Positions 28,409-38,124 of a DNA stretch of 64,000 bases are shown piece by piece. Location: NCBI GenBank assembly GCA_949283535.1, contig CASDTC010000007.1, forward strand, positions 18,746 through 82,745, read 5' to 3'. Under the pieces are notes generated by a model. It saw only the letters and a list, made by a program, of their open reading frames with translations. It was not told the origin of the DNA and did not search any database. The stretch's first letter is position 1, and every line of letters starts with the position of its first letter. Position numbers and translations under genes: made by a program. This DNA is from an uncultured Pseudomonadota bacterium. Its GTDB lineage: Bacteria > Pseudomonadota > Alphaproteobacteria > Rs-D84.

Positions 28409-29192
28409 TTTTAGATGTACCAATTCCGCGTTTTGAACGATTTTCAATAAAATCAATCGCGTCCATCGCATACTTGTTATTTTTTACTTCCTTGCGAACA
28501 CGCGCCAAGCGTTCTGCGACAGTACCATCTGTTTCACGAAATACTGCCGAATAAACAGAATGTATTGCATGCATATCTTCATTTGTAAAGCCATGCCGCA
28601 TTAATCCAACGCGATTTATTGTGCGATATACTGCACGCGCCCCATCATAAATTGCATATGGCAAAACATCGTTTCCAACACCCGACATTCCCCCAATAAA
28701 CGCATTTCGACCAATGCGGGCAAATTGTAAAACCATGACACCACCCGATAATATCGCATAATCTTCAACTTCGACATGACCAGCAACCTGAACCAGATTA
28801 GACATAACAACACTGTTGCCAATTTTACAATCATGCCCGACATGCGCATTAACCATAATTTGACAATCATCACCAATAACCGTGCCATCAGACGCCGGTG
28901 TTCCAGAATGAATTGTAACATATTCGCGAATCTTGCACCGTTTTCCGATACGCAGCCCCGTCATTGCAGCTTCATCTTGCCATTTTAAATCCTGACTCAT
29001 TACGCCCAAGACAGCGAACGGATAAACAATTGAATCATCGCCGATTGATGTTTTCCCATCAATTATAACATTTGAAACCAGTTCAACCCGGTCCCCTAAA
29101 ACAACATTTGGTCCCACAATACAAAACGGACCAATTTTACAGTCGGCACCAATAACTGCGCCATCGTGAACAATTGCGGTTGGATGTATCAT
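28398..29192 (-). CDS. lpxA: acyl-ACP--UDP-N-acetylglucosamine O-acyltransferase
   Basis: MIHPTAIVHDGAVIGADCKIGPFCIVGPNVVLGD hexapeptide (left-handed beta-helix) repeats plus a C-terminal helical domain; 264 aa. Confidence 0.9.
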   Translation of the reverse strand: MIHPTAIVHDGAVIGADCKIGPFCIVGPNVVLGDRVELVSNVIIDGKTSIGDDSIVYPFAVLGVMSQDLKWQDEAAMTGLRIGKRCKIREYVTIHSGTPASDGTVIGDDCQIMVNAHVGHDCKIGNSVVMSNLVQVAGHVEVEDYAILSGGVMVLQFARIGRNAFIGGMSGVGNDVLPYAIYDGARAVYRTINRVGLMRHGFTNEDMHAIHSVYSAVFRETDGTVAERLARVRKEVKNNKYAMDAIDFIENRSKRGIGTSKNAE

Positions 29193-29282
29193 TTATATAT
29201 GCCTATATCTATATTTTTTCTTTCTTTTGATTGAAATAATACATTATAAGCATCCGATTTTGTATTAAATAAATATAACGAA

Positions 29283-30293
29283 TTATAACATGCGCCCTAA
29301 TTTACGCCATACGGCATTATCCACTGGTTGCGTAATCCAGTATAAAATCCCAACAGCGGTTAATACAGGCAATGTTGTTATAATTCCAAACAAGCCAATT
29401 GTTATTGCAAACATAGCATGCGCCAAATCATCAGAAACACTGTCCGCATGCCAAACCGACAGTGCAAATAATAAAAAGAACATGAATGTCATGCCTAAAA
29501 ATACTGGCACAGATTCTGTCAGCACAAACAATGCCATACACAATATCGACATTAAACGCGCCAACCATTTTAATTTACTATACATGCCCGCCTTTATACG
29601 CCCACGCGGATTTATATTACGCAACGCAAGTGTTAATGCGGTTGCCATTGCAATTAAAATCAAAAACAGTATATGCACCGGTGTCAGCACCCCCAGTTGC
29701 CCAAACCTGAAAAATTCTGGTTGCATTAATATCGCAATTGTCGCGGCAAACATTATCAATAAAGCCCCCGCAACAGGACGCATTTCATGCCGTCCAATCC
29801 GTCCAATCAACAAACCAACAATAAACGCACCAATTTGCAATATTGGACCCCACCATGTATGAATGTCCGACAATCCAATCGCCAATAATAAAACCGCCCA
29901 ACATGCAATAATTCCCCACCGCTTTTTGCGGGGCATTTCACGCAATACTGGCAAATTCATTTTGCGCCAATATGACCCGATAAACATTGCCCCAATAAAA
30001 ACAATTGCGGCAATCATAAATGGCAACACCGTTGCATTATCGCGTAAAACCGCATAGTTTCCGCCAAACAAAACAATCCACGCCAATGTAAAAATAACCG
30101 TTGTCAATGAAACATTGACAGTTATATTATTTTTATTCCATCCAATACGCTGTAAAAACGCCCCCCCGCAAAAATAAACCAGCGCAAATAACGGCACCGC
30201 CAATAAAGCCCACCAAAAAAACGCTGGTGCAATCAACGCCGCATTATTAAATGCACTGACCGCGCTTTGAACAACCAAACTTTCATCAAACAT
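29283..30293 (-). CDS. polytopic inner-membrane hypothetical protein
   Basis: About 10 hydrophobic helices. Start placed at the ATG at 30293 (MFDESLVV...) to avoid overlap with the divergent gene. Co-oriented directly upstream of lpxA-lpxB. Confidence 0.55.
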   Translation of the reverse strand: MFDESLVVQSAVSAFNNAALIAPAFFWWALLAVPLFALVYFCGGAFLQRIGWNKNNITVNVSLTTVIFTLAWIVLFGGNYAVLRDNATVLPFMIAAIVFIGAMFIGSYWRKMNLPVLREMPRKKRWGIIACWAVLLLAIGLSDIHTWWGPILQIGAFIVGLLIGRIGRHEMRPVAGALLIMFAATIAILMQPEFFRFGQLGVLTPVHILFLILIAMATALTLALRNINPRGRIKAGMYSKLKWLARLMSILCMALFVLTESVPVFLGMTFMFFLLFALSVWHADSVSDDLAHAMFAITIGLFGIITTLPVLTAVGILYWITQPVDNAVWRKLGRML

Positions 30294-30331
30294 ACACTTG
30301 CCTTTTATTTTCGTTGAATTATTATATACAT

Positions 30332-31015
30332 ATGTCTGAAAAACAAGCAATTTTTACCCTGATGGGCGGTCGTATACGCATGCATCGCGGTCATTACAAT
30401 CCAACATCTGACGCAGTATGGTTGGCATCATATGCCCCACATAATGTTAACACTGTTCTGGATGTCGGCATTGGTACTGGTGGGGTGGGACTGTGCATAT
30501 CCGCAAACAATCCATCTGTTAACTTAACTGGTTTAGATATATCTGATGACATGTTGCGCGAATGCAAACAAAACGCCGATTTAAATAATACAACAATTGA
30601 ATTAATAAATGCAGACATTACATCATGGCGCACATCACGAACATTTGATTTAGTTATTACAAACCCGCCATATTTTCGCGGCACCCCCGCACGCCATAAT
30701 GCGCATCACAATGCCAATATATCCGCATGGACACGCAAATGCATTGCACGCGTACGTCCCCGCGGGTATTTTTGCACTATTGTTTCTGCCGACCGAATAT
30801 CCGATATTATTACCGAAATGCACAATCATTGTGGCGACATTCAAATTATGCCATTATTTGGCGCAAAACACATGGCTGAACGGGTCTTGGTTCGCGGTCG
30901 TGTTGGTGTGCGGGGTGGCGACACTTTGTGGTCGGGTCTGCCAATGAATTACGAACCTGTTTTGCGTGATGGCTTGACTATTGATGATGTATTGGCTAGA
31001 CTAAACTGGATATGA
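30332..31015 (+). CDS. class I SAM-dependent N6-adenine methyltransferase, TrmN6/YfiC-like
   Basis: SAM-binding motif VLDVGIGTGGVGL and catalytic DLVITNPPYF. The start is uncertain (30314 or 30332). Confidence 0.7.
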   Translation: MSEKQAIFTLMGGRIRMHRGHYNPTSDAVWLASYAPHNVNTVLDVGIGTGGVGLCISANNPSVNLTGLDISDDMLRECKQNADLNNTTIELINADITSWRTSRTFDLVITNPPYFRGTPARHNAHHNANISAWTRKCIARVRPRGYFCTIVSADRISDIITEMHNHCGDIQIMPLFGAKHMAERVLVRGRVGVRGGDTLWSGLPMNYEPVLRDGLTIDDVLARLNWI

Positions 31016-32292
31016 TAAATTTTATAACCAGATATTTTACATCCCTGTGGGCATTTATAACATCGCCATTTCGTGCGATGTGGCGCGTTATATGTCGCGT
31101 ATTTCCACCACGGGAATTTACTGTAATGGATACCCCGCGCGGTAATGTTTACACATTTAAGCAAAGCAGTTTTTGGCGATTTACAAAATTCTGTGGCAAA
31201 ATTGGTCTGATTATATGGGCGTCATGGTCAACATATGTATTTGTCTATCACCGCCCATTATTACAAAAGCGCACCCAACAACTGGAAGAAGCAAAATCCA
31301 CCCACGCCCGTCAAATGACAGATTTACAGGTATACTTGGAAAAATATAACGAATTAACACGCAATCTGAATGTTATTGACGATAAAATATTGAATGCCAG
31401 CGACCTGAAAGATTCAGAAAAAGAAGAATTAATGAACAATCGCCTGAAAACATGGGGCGAATTAGATTTTCTGCGTACCCGACTAACTGAAATATTTACA
31501 AACGAAGAATATTCCGCCGAATATACAAAATTATCAGAATTGTCCGCAGAATTTGAATTAACGCGGGCTGAAAATAATGAATTAAAACGCCGTAATGCGG
31601 AAATGGCTGAAAAAATGGAACAGATTGCCACCGCCGATATTCAAATTGTTGACATGGTATCAAAGCTGGCGACGGAAAACATCGACGCATTACGCGATAA
31701 TATTAAAAATATAAATTCAACCATTGCAACATTGGGATTGACGCAAAAGGTACTGATTAATAATGCAAACAAATTCTCAAATCCGATGGTTGGCGCGGCA
31801 TTTAATCCATTGGAATTTGATGACGACATGGATCCAAAATATCAAAAGCTGGCAGACGATTTAGAATTATGGAACGGATTAAAGAAACTGGATACCGTAT
31901 TACCACTGGGGGCACCGGTTGAAAAAATGCGTGTTACATCAAACTTTGGCACACGAAATGATCCATTCACTGGCAAGCCTAAAAAACATCGTGGCATTGA
32001 TTTTGCCGGAAAAATTGGCACAGAATTAATGGCGGTGGCACCGGGGCGCGTTGTATCGGCGGGGGAACGCGTTGGATATGGAACAACAGTTGAAATTGAT
32101 CATGGTTTGGGATTTACAACATTGTATGCCCATTTATCCCAGGCAATGGTTACCCGTGGCGATTGGGTGCGCCCCGGAACCGTTATCGGATTGGCGGGTT
32201 CAACCGGACGTTCAACTGGACCACATTTACACTATGAAATTCGATATAAAGGTGTTCCATTTGACCCATCAAAATTTGTAAAGGAAGAATAA
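31012..32292 (+). CDS. M23-family (LytM) peptidoglycan endopeptidase with N-terminal TM helix and coiled coil
   Basis: HRGIDFAG ... VEIDHGLGFTTLYAHLS ... GSTGRSTGPHLHYEIRYKG (HxxxD and HxH zinc ligands). Confidence 0.88.
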   Translation: MINFITRYFTSLWAFITSPFRAMWRVICRVFPPREFTVMDTPRGNVYTFKQSSFWRFTKFCGKIGLIIWASWSTYVFVYHRPLLQKRTQQLEEAKSTHARQMTDLQVYLEKYNELTRNLNVIDDKILNASDLKDSEKEELMNNRLKTWGELDFLRTRLTEIFTNEEYSAEYTKLSELSAEFELTRAENNELKRRNAEMAEKMEQIATADIQIVDMVSKLATENIDALRDNIKNINSTIATLGLTQKVLINNANKFSNPMVGAAFNPLEFDDDMDPKYQKLADDLELWNGLKKLDTVLPLGAPVEKMRVTSNFGTRNDPFTGKPKKHRGIDFAGKIGTELMAVAPGRVVSAGERVGYGTTVEIDHGLGFTTLYAHLSQAMVTRGDWVRPGTVIGLAGSTGRSTGPHLHYEIRYKGVPFDPSKFVKEE

Positions 32293-32293
32293 A

Positions 32294-32647
32294 ATGCTGG
32301 CATTTACAAACGCAAAAGAAAAACAATCACCAACAATAATTGGCGCCGGTTGCAAATTAACTGGTGATATGAAAACAGATCACACTGTTCAAATACATGG
32401 TCATGTTGTTGGAAATATAACCGCCGAAACCGTTGTAATCGGGCGGGGTGGACGCGTTGTTGGGAAAATCAGTGCAAATAACTTATTCCTGCATGGAACA
32501 TTGGATGGACCGGCAACTGTCAACACAGCGAACATTTTCAGCAATGCACAAATGACTGGAACATTGGCGTATTACACATTAAACATAACCGGTAATACCG
32601 GACTGGAATGCAAATTATCTAAACGCAAGGATAAAAAGAATGAATAA
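32294..32647 (+). CDS. bactofilin (polymer-forming cytoskeletal protein)
   Basis: 117 aa beta-helical repeat pattern: IIGAGCKLTGDMKTDHTVQIHGHVVGNITAETVVIGRGGRVVGKISANNLFLHGTLDG. Confidence 0.82.
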   Translation: MLAFTNAKEKQSPTIIGAGCKLTGDMKTDHTVQIHGHVVGNITAETVVIGRGGRVVGKISANNLFLHGTLDGPATVNTANIFSNAQMTGTLAYYTLNITGNTGLECKLSKRKDKKNE

Positions 32648-33086
32648 AACAATATCAAAAATTTACATTGCTGCCGATCATCGTGGGGTGGGGGTAAAAT
32701 TATACCTGATAGAAATGCTGAACGCTGTGGGATATAATGTTGTAAACTTGGGAACAGACGACCCAAACACCCCGGTGGATTTTCCAGATATTGCAAAAAC
32801 ATTGGCAGATACAATGGAATCAGATGAAAAATCCCGTGGTATTTTAATTTGCGGCACAGGGGCAGGGATGCAAATTGCGGCAAACAGATATCGCCACCTG
32901 CGTGCATCGCGCTGTGATCGTCCAGACCAGGCACGCGATGACCGCTTTCACGATGATATAAATGTACTGGCATTGGCATCAGACGACATTGATATCGAAG
33001 TATCATTTTTAATCACGCGCGCATTTCTGGAAAGTCCATTTGACGAAACCGAACGCCGCATACGCCGATTAAAGAAAATTTCATAA
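32640..33086 (+). CDS. rpiB: ribose-5-phosphate isomerase B (RpiB/LacA/LacB family)
   Basis: IYIAADHRG...ILICGTGAGMQIAANR... is the typical RpiB core; 148 aa. Confidence 0.85.
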   Translation: MNKTISKIYIAADHRGVGVKLYLIEMLNAVGYNVVNLGTDDPNTPVDFPDIAKTLADTMESDEKSRGILICGTGAGMQIAANRYRHLRASRCDRPDQARDDRFHDDINVLALASDDIDIEVSFLITRAFLESPFDETERRIRRLKKIS

Positions 33087-33114
33087 AAAATCCCGCATTC
33101 GCGGGATTTTTTTT
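33085..33114. terminator. bidirectional terminator between rpiB and leuS
   Basis: AAAAAATCCCGC-ATTC-GCGGGATTTTTTTT. Confidence 0.85.
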
Positions 33115-35509
33115 ACTTTTTTATAACAAAGTTCACCATTTTATTCGGCACAACAATTGTTTTAATAATTTCTGCGCCGTCTAACTTGCGCGCTGCCGCT
33201 GCGCGCGCCGCATCAATAATTTCATTTTCTGGCGCATCAACACCAATTTCAAAATCCGCCGCGCGTTTGCCATTAACAGACGCAACAATTTTCATCGTTG
33301 TTTTAACCAACTTTGCCGCATCATATTTTGGCCATGATTGAAACACTAGCATATTGTCATGCCCCAATTTTTCCCATATTTCTTCGGTCATATGTGGCGC
33401 AAATGGATTCAACATCTGAATCAACACTTCATACGCAGGGCGGGGCATTTTACCATTAAATTGGTTTATAAATTCCATCATCGCAGAAATCGCTGTATTA
33501 AATCGCATGTTTTCCAATCGTTCTGTCATATCTGCAATTAATTGATGTACCAATCTTTCCTGGTCCGCGTTCATCGGACCATCAGTTAAATTATCTGCCA
33601 TATTTTCTACGCGTTTCAAGAACCGCTGTACCCCTGCCAGCGCACCATCCGACCAATTAACATTTGCGTCCCACGGTCCCAGTGATAAAACCGCCGTACG
33701 TGCGGCATCCGCACCAATTTTTTCCACAATTTCATCCACCTGGAACCCATTGCCCGCAGACTTTGACATTTTTTTACCATCAGAACCCATTAACAACCCA
33801 TTTGTGGTACGCTTTTTATATGGTTCAACGGTATTAACAAACCCCAAATCATATAACGCCTTGTGCCAGAATCGCGAATAAATCAAGTGCCGCGTATTAT
33901 GTTCGTTTCCACCGTTATAATGATCAACTGGCATCCAACGTTCCATTTGTTCTCGCGAACAAAATTCTTTATCGTTATGCGGGTCTAAATATCTCATATA
34001 ATACCACGACGACCCCGCCCATTGTGGCATCGTATCCGTTTCACGACGGGCCGGCGCACCACATTTTGGGCATGTTGTATTTACCCAATCGGTTGCGCGC
34101 GCCAATGGGCTTTCGCCGTCTTCTGTTGGACGATAATCTTCCATATACGGCTGCATTAACGGTAATTCAGATTCTGGCACTGGCACCCATCCGCATTTTT
34201 CACAATAAACCAATGGAATTGGTTCACCCCAATACATTTGACGCGAAAATCCCCAATCACTCATTCTGAATCGTGTTTTTGGTCGGGCGAAGCCATGTTC
34301 TGCGCCATACTTAATTGCCGCCGCAATTGCGTCCACCTTGTTCATACCATCCAAGAATCCAGAATTTATATGTAATCCGTCCCCAGTCCAAACTTTACCA
34401 GGTTCCCCACCGTCAATAACAGGGATTATTTTCAATCCAAATTTTTGTGCAAAATCCCAGTCGCGATCATCATGCGCCGGAACTGCCATAATTGTACCAT
34501 GCGCATAATTCACCAAAACATAGTCTGCAACAAACACTGGAATTTCATCACCCGTAAATGGATTTCGCGCCATTATGCCTTCTAACCGCACACCTGTTTT
34601 TTCTTTTGTTATATCTGTGCGGTCAAACTCAGACTTTACAGCAGACTCTTTTATATACACACGCACAGCATCAGCATTTTTGATTTTACCCATATCCAAC
34701 CATTTGGCAACCAGCTTATGTTCTGGGGCAATTGCACAAAATGTTGCACCGAATATAGTATCAATACGCGTTGTGTACACGGTCATAACATCATCACCAA
34801 CCATAAAGTCCACATCCGCCCCGGTTGATTTACCAATCCAGTTTGTCTGGTCGCGCTTTACGCGTTCCGGATAATCCACCAACGTCAAATCATCCAACAA
34901 ACGCTGGGCATATTTAGTAATTGCCAAATTCCACTGCATTTTTTCACGAATTTCCACCATCCCATGACAACGATTGCATTTGCCGTCTTCCAATTCTTCA
35001 TTCGTCAACGTTGTTCGACAATTCGGGCACCAATTCATTGGCAGCATAGATTTATATGCCAGACCCGCATTAAAGAACTGAATAAACATCCATTGTGTCC
35101 ACTTAATAAATTCTGGGTCTGATGTTGCAACCTGGGACTTCAAATCAATTGACCATCCCATTTCAATCATATTTTTTGTGAATTTTTCAATCAGTTCACG
35201 CACAACCACCGATGGATGCTTGCCAATTTTGGTGGCATAGTTTTCTGCGGAAATTCCCAAAGAATCAAACCCCAACGGATATAAAACATCATATCCCTGC
35301 ATACGGCGAAATCGCGCCATAACATCACATCCCGTATAATTCAACATATGACCGCCATGCAACCCGGTCCCAGACGGGAATGGAAATTCCGCCAACATAT
35401 AGAACGACTGCTTTGTTCCATCGTTTTTTGGTGTAAACGCACCAGAATCTTTCCAACGCTGCTGCCATTTTGCTTCGCATTCACGGATTCTTTTTATATC
35501 ATCTGCCAT
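33113..35509 (-). CDS. leuS: leucine--tRNA ligase
   Basis: From the ATG at 35509 (MADDIKRIRECEAKWQQRW...). HIGH-type motif (GLHGGHMLNY), KMSKS motif (GKKMSKSAGN), CP1 editing domain. The tracked ORF adds 18 improbable codons from a TTG. Confidence 0.95.
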   Translation of the reverse strand: MADDIKRIRECEAKWQQRWKDSGAFTPKNDGTKQSFYMLAEFPFPSGTGLHGGHMLNYTGCDVMARFRRMQGYDVLYPLGFDSLGISAENYATKIGKHPSVVVRELIEKFTKNMIEMGWSIDLKSQVATSDPEFIKWTQWMFIQFFNAGLAYKSMLPMNWCPNCRTTLTNEELEDGKCNRCHGMVEIREKMQWNLAITKYAQRLLDDLTLVDYPERVKRDQTNWIGKSTGADVDFMVGDDVMTVYTTRIDTIFGATFCAIAPEHKLVAKWLDMGKIKNADAVRVYIKESAVKSEFDRTDITKEKTGVRLEGIMARNPFTGDEIPVFVADYVLVNYAHGTIMAVPAHDDRDWDFAQKFGLKIIPVIDGGEPGKVWTGDGLHINSGFLDGMNKVDAIAAAIKYGAEHGFARPKTRFRMSDWGFSRQMYWGEPIPLVYCEKCGWVPVPESELPLMQPYMEDYRPTEDGESPLARATDWVNTTCPKCGAPARRETDTMPQWAGSSWYYMRYLDPHNDKEFCSREQMERWMPVDHYNGGNEHNTRHLIYSRFWHKALYDLGFVNTVEPYKKRTTNGLLMGSDGKKMSKSAGNGFQVDEIVEKIGADAARTAVLSLGPWDANVNWSDGALAGVQRFLKRVENMADNLTDGPMNADQERLVHQLIADMTERLENMRFNTAISAMMEFINQFNGKMPRPAYEVLIQMLNPFAPHMTEEIWEKLGHDNMLVFQSWPKYDAAKLVKTTMKIVASVNGKRAADFEIGVDAPENEIIDAARAAAARKLDGAEIIKTIVVPNKMVNFVIKK

Positions 35510-35916
35510 TTTATTATACCTGTGGTTAAAAAAATACATAAAACAGTAAAACTTTATACACAAATACCGATAAATTCAAGACATTTTAAACCACAACCAA
35601 ACGAACAATAAAATCAGGGGACTGGATATTGCGCGTGGTGAATACATTTTCCCGCGGAACAAACAAAAAATCGTGAACATACAATATTGCACTTTTATGC
35701 GATAAAACCGTATTATTACGAAGCGATTCCACGCCAGACATATTTATTGTTCTATAATCTGTCCAAAGATATCGGAATACATCCCGAAGATTTCATAAAA
35801 CACGAACAAAAATACGCGCGACGCTTATTAAAAAAATCCACAAAATATAAAGAAATACCATTCATTCGTATCAAAGGAAATAAAATAAAATTATTTGGCA
35901 TAACGCTGGCACAAAT

Positions 35917-36630
35917 TTAATCTTTCTTTCTAAAATACACCAAATATTCTATATTGCCACTGCCACCACGAATTGGTGATTCAATAATACCAAATTGCAC
36001 ATAATCATGCTTTTCAAATGCCGCGACTACATTTTTTATCGCATTTTGCCGGTCGACCGCACTTTTTATAACGCCATGCGCGCAGGCGGCAATACTGCGC
36101 GAAACCTCGAACTGTGGCTTTATTAATGCAATGATTTGTGCTGCATTCCATTGAACCAACGCATCAACAATATTAACCAACGATATAAACGACACATCAA
36201 CAACAATCAAATCAACTGGCGCAATCGGGGTCATTGCACGGATATCAGTCTGTTCCATCGACACAACACGTGAATCATTCTTTAATTCATCTATCAATTG
36301 ATTTGTGCCAACATCAACCGCAAAAACCTTTGCCGCATTATGTTTTAATAAAATCTCTGTAAATCCGCCTGTACTGGCACCAACATCTAAACAAACACAG
36401 CCCGCTGGATTAACACCAAACACATCTAATGCACGCGCTAATTTCAAACTGCCGCGACCACTGGAATAGGGCAGTTCACCCGCCACAACAACATCTGTAT
36501 CAGACACAGATTGACTGGGTTTTTGCGAAACCACACCATTAATCCGCACCAAACCCGCCCGAATAGCAGCAATTGCCTTTGCCCGGCTAGAATACAAATT
36601 TCGTGCAACCAATGCTAAATCCAATCTCAT
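35917..36630 (-). CDS. tlyA: TlyA-family rRNA (cytidine-2'-O)-methyltransferase
   Basis: From the ATG at 36630: MRLDLALVARNLYSSRAKAIAAIRAGLVRINGVV (S4 domain), then LDVGASTGGFTE (SAM motif I). The 160 codons upstream in the tracked ORF have no TlyA counterpart. Confidence 0.88.
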   Translation of the reverse strand: MRLDLALVARNLYSSRAKAIAAIRAGLVRINGVVSQKPSQSVSDTDVVVAGELPYSSGRGSLKLARALDVFGVNPAGCVCLDVGASTGGFTEILLKHNAAKVFAVDVGTNQLIDELKNDSRVVSMEQTDIRAMTPIAPVDLIVVDVSFISLVNIVDALVQWNAAQIIALIKPQFEVSRSIAACAHGVIKSAVDRQNAIKNVVAAFEKHDYVQFGIIESPIRGGSGNIEYLVYFRKKD

Positions 36631-36814
36631 GACAGTGATTTTACATTGCACATACATAAAAATCAATATTATGTTCTTGCGTTTTGGGGTGGGGCATAAG
36701 CCCCCATTGAATGCGCCTGTGTAAATCGAACACATGCAAAAAAACAAAATCCAACCAAACATTGGTTGGAGTGCGATGAATATACAGAATAAAAAGAAAA
36801 AAGGAGATAAGAAT

Positions 36815-37087
36815 ATGAGAAAACATTTAATTATTGCCGGCATAATTTTCACCGCGCCAATTCCGCCCGCCACCGCCGTCACCAAGTGTGCAGCCCCAGA
36901 CAGATACGCAACGCGCCAAAACATCATGCGCAATATACCTGTGCCAAAAGCTCCCTTGCCGCCAGCGGTGCATTTCTTACCGCAATATTTTCTAACTTGT
37001 CGGATTAAAACGGGGACGAAGTATGAAAAAATATTTGTATTTGTTTTGGCGATTGCACCGTTCGGCGCATTTGCGACGACACAATAG
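36815..37087 (+). CDS. small ORF with a strong RBS; possible remnant of secreted-protein gene(s)
   Basis: AAGGAG lies 7 nt before the ATG at 36815. The 90-aa product begins with signal-like MRKHLIIAGIIFTAPIPPATA and ends with a second signal-like block (M)KKIFVFVLAIAPFGAFA-TTQ just before the stop. Confidence 0.3.
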   Translation: MRKHLIIAGIIFTAPIPPATAVTKCAAPDRYATRQNIMRNIPVPKAPLPPAVHFLPQYFLTCRIKTGTKYEKIFVFVLAIAPFGAFATTQ

Positions 37088-37139
37088 TTACAGCGATACC
37101 AGTGGAACATACGAATTTACATCTGTGCGTCTAATGAAT

Positions 37140-38070
37140 TAAATTTTAGGCGTCAATTTGACGCCCAAAATTTATTGAAGTAAATTATAAAAATATAAAA
37201 ATAATACTATATTTTTTAATTTTTATTTATTAAATATACTAGCAACAAAAAGCACCAACAGTTTTATACAATATATTTTATGCAAATACTGTGTAAAAAC
37301 AATAAAATATAATAAACATTTTATAAAGCACACCAAGATAGCATTAAAAAGCCCAGATTTCTGCACTTTTTAGCTAAAAAACATACTAAAAAGCAAAAAA
37401 AATCGATATAAAAGGACACCAACCAACAAATCCCATGCAATTTCAGCACAAATATTGTAAAAACAACTTTTTCAATTATAACGCTAAAAACAAGTTATTA
37501 TTTTAATTACCGAATAAATATTTTTAATTTTGCACAACATACAAAATAATTATTCATACAAAGATTTTACCATCAGACAAAAATTATAAAAATAACAACA
37601 ATCCGACATCACAAAAACAACAAGCAAGCACCACAAATCAAATAACCGAACAAACGCCACAAAACAGCCCGCCAGAACACCAAACTATACATAATATACA
37701 TTATGCGCCTTTTGTATAATTATGCCCTAAGACAAAAAACGGCGTATCGTAAAGACATTAACGCCAAACATAACGACGCTCACACCATGTTCACATATAA
37801 CAAATAAACTAAACCCACACCTTCGCCCAAAGCAATTCCACCTTAGCGCCACTCACACACAACGAAACAACACATAAAACATACACAAATGCACAAATGC
37901 CAGCCTTGACAATATGCAACTTCCTTCTGGACCTTATAGAGACCGACAAATTTTACCAAATCTACCTCATTCTCAACCCAGCCTTTATTTGTCGCCTAAA
38001 AAAAAAACAATTACACATCACAACAACAAAACTATACATAATCCCAAATTATACAACCACCCACAAAGAC
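37140..38070 (+). other. ~0.9-kb region with no convincing ORFs; the proximal part is AT-rich and the distal ~500 nt is strongly A+C-rich and G-poor on the plus strand
   Basis: No tracked ORF lies between 37111 and 37896; the only two after that (37897-38121, 37914-38102) are short low-complexity plus-strand ORFs in the A+C-rich tract. Hand counts of G in four 60-nt lines (37561, 37621, 37801, 37861) give 3, 7, 4 and 6, with A+C 46-51 of 60. Confidence 0.8.
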
Positions 38071-38100
38071 AAAAACCGGGGCAAAAATTGCCCCGGTTTT
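38071..38100. terminator. hairpin terminator usable on both strands (mscL on minus; any plus-strand transcript of the AC-rich region)
   Basis: AAAAACCGGGGCA-AAAA-TTGCCCCGGTTTT. Confidence 0.8.
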
Positions 38101-38124
38101 AATACTAAACCAAAACATTAAATA

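Noticed and set aside
35687-35920. 77-aa TTG-initiated ORF between leuS and tlyA.
   Set aside because: No SD and no recognisable motif, and it overlaps the tlyA stop. It cannot be excluded as a small protein, but the evidence is too weak to call.
36631-37110. The N-terminal 160 codons of the tracked 397-aa ORF that contains tlyA.
   Set aside because: TlyA homology (S4 domain MRLDLALVARN...) starts at the internal ATG at 36630. The upstream part is Cys/Phe-rich and low-complexity, and it overlaps the strong-RBS plus-strand ORF. It is most likely non-coding.
37346-37366. Shared motif AAAAAGCCCAGATTT at 37346 and again at about 63835.
   Set aside because: It is only a 15-nt exact match with divergent flanks. 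By rough expectation (64 kb squared against 4^15), one or a few such matches occur by chance, especially in AT-rich DNA.
37140-37560. AT-rich part of the ORF-free region as a replication origin (oriC), or as a CtrA/DnaA-regulated site.
   Set aside because: By eye I found no cluster of TTATCCACA-like DnaA boxes (the best are 6-7 of 9 matches, and scattered). I found only one imperfect TTAA-N7-ATAA CtrA-like half match. No typical origin-flanking genes are present.
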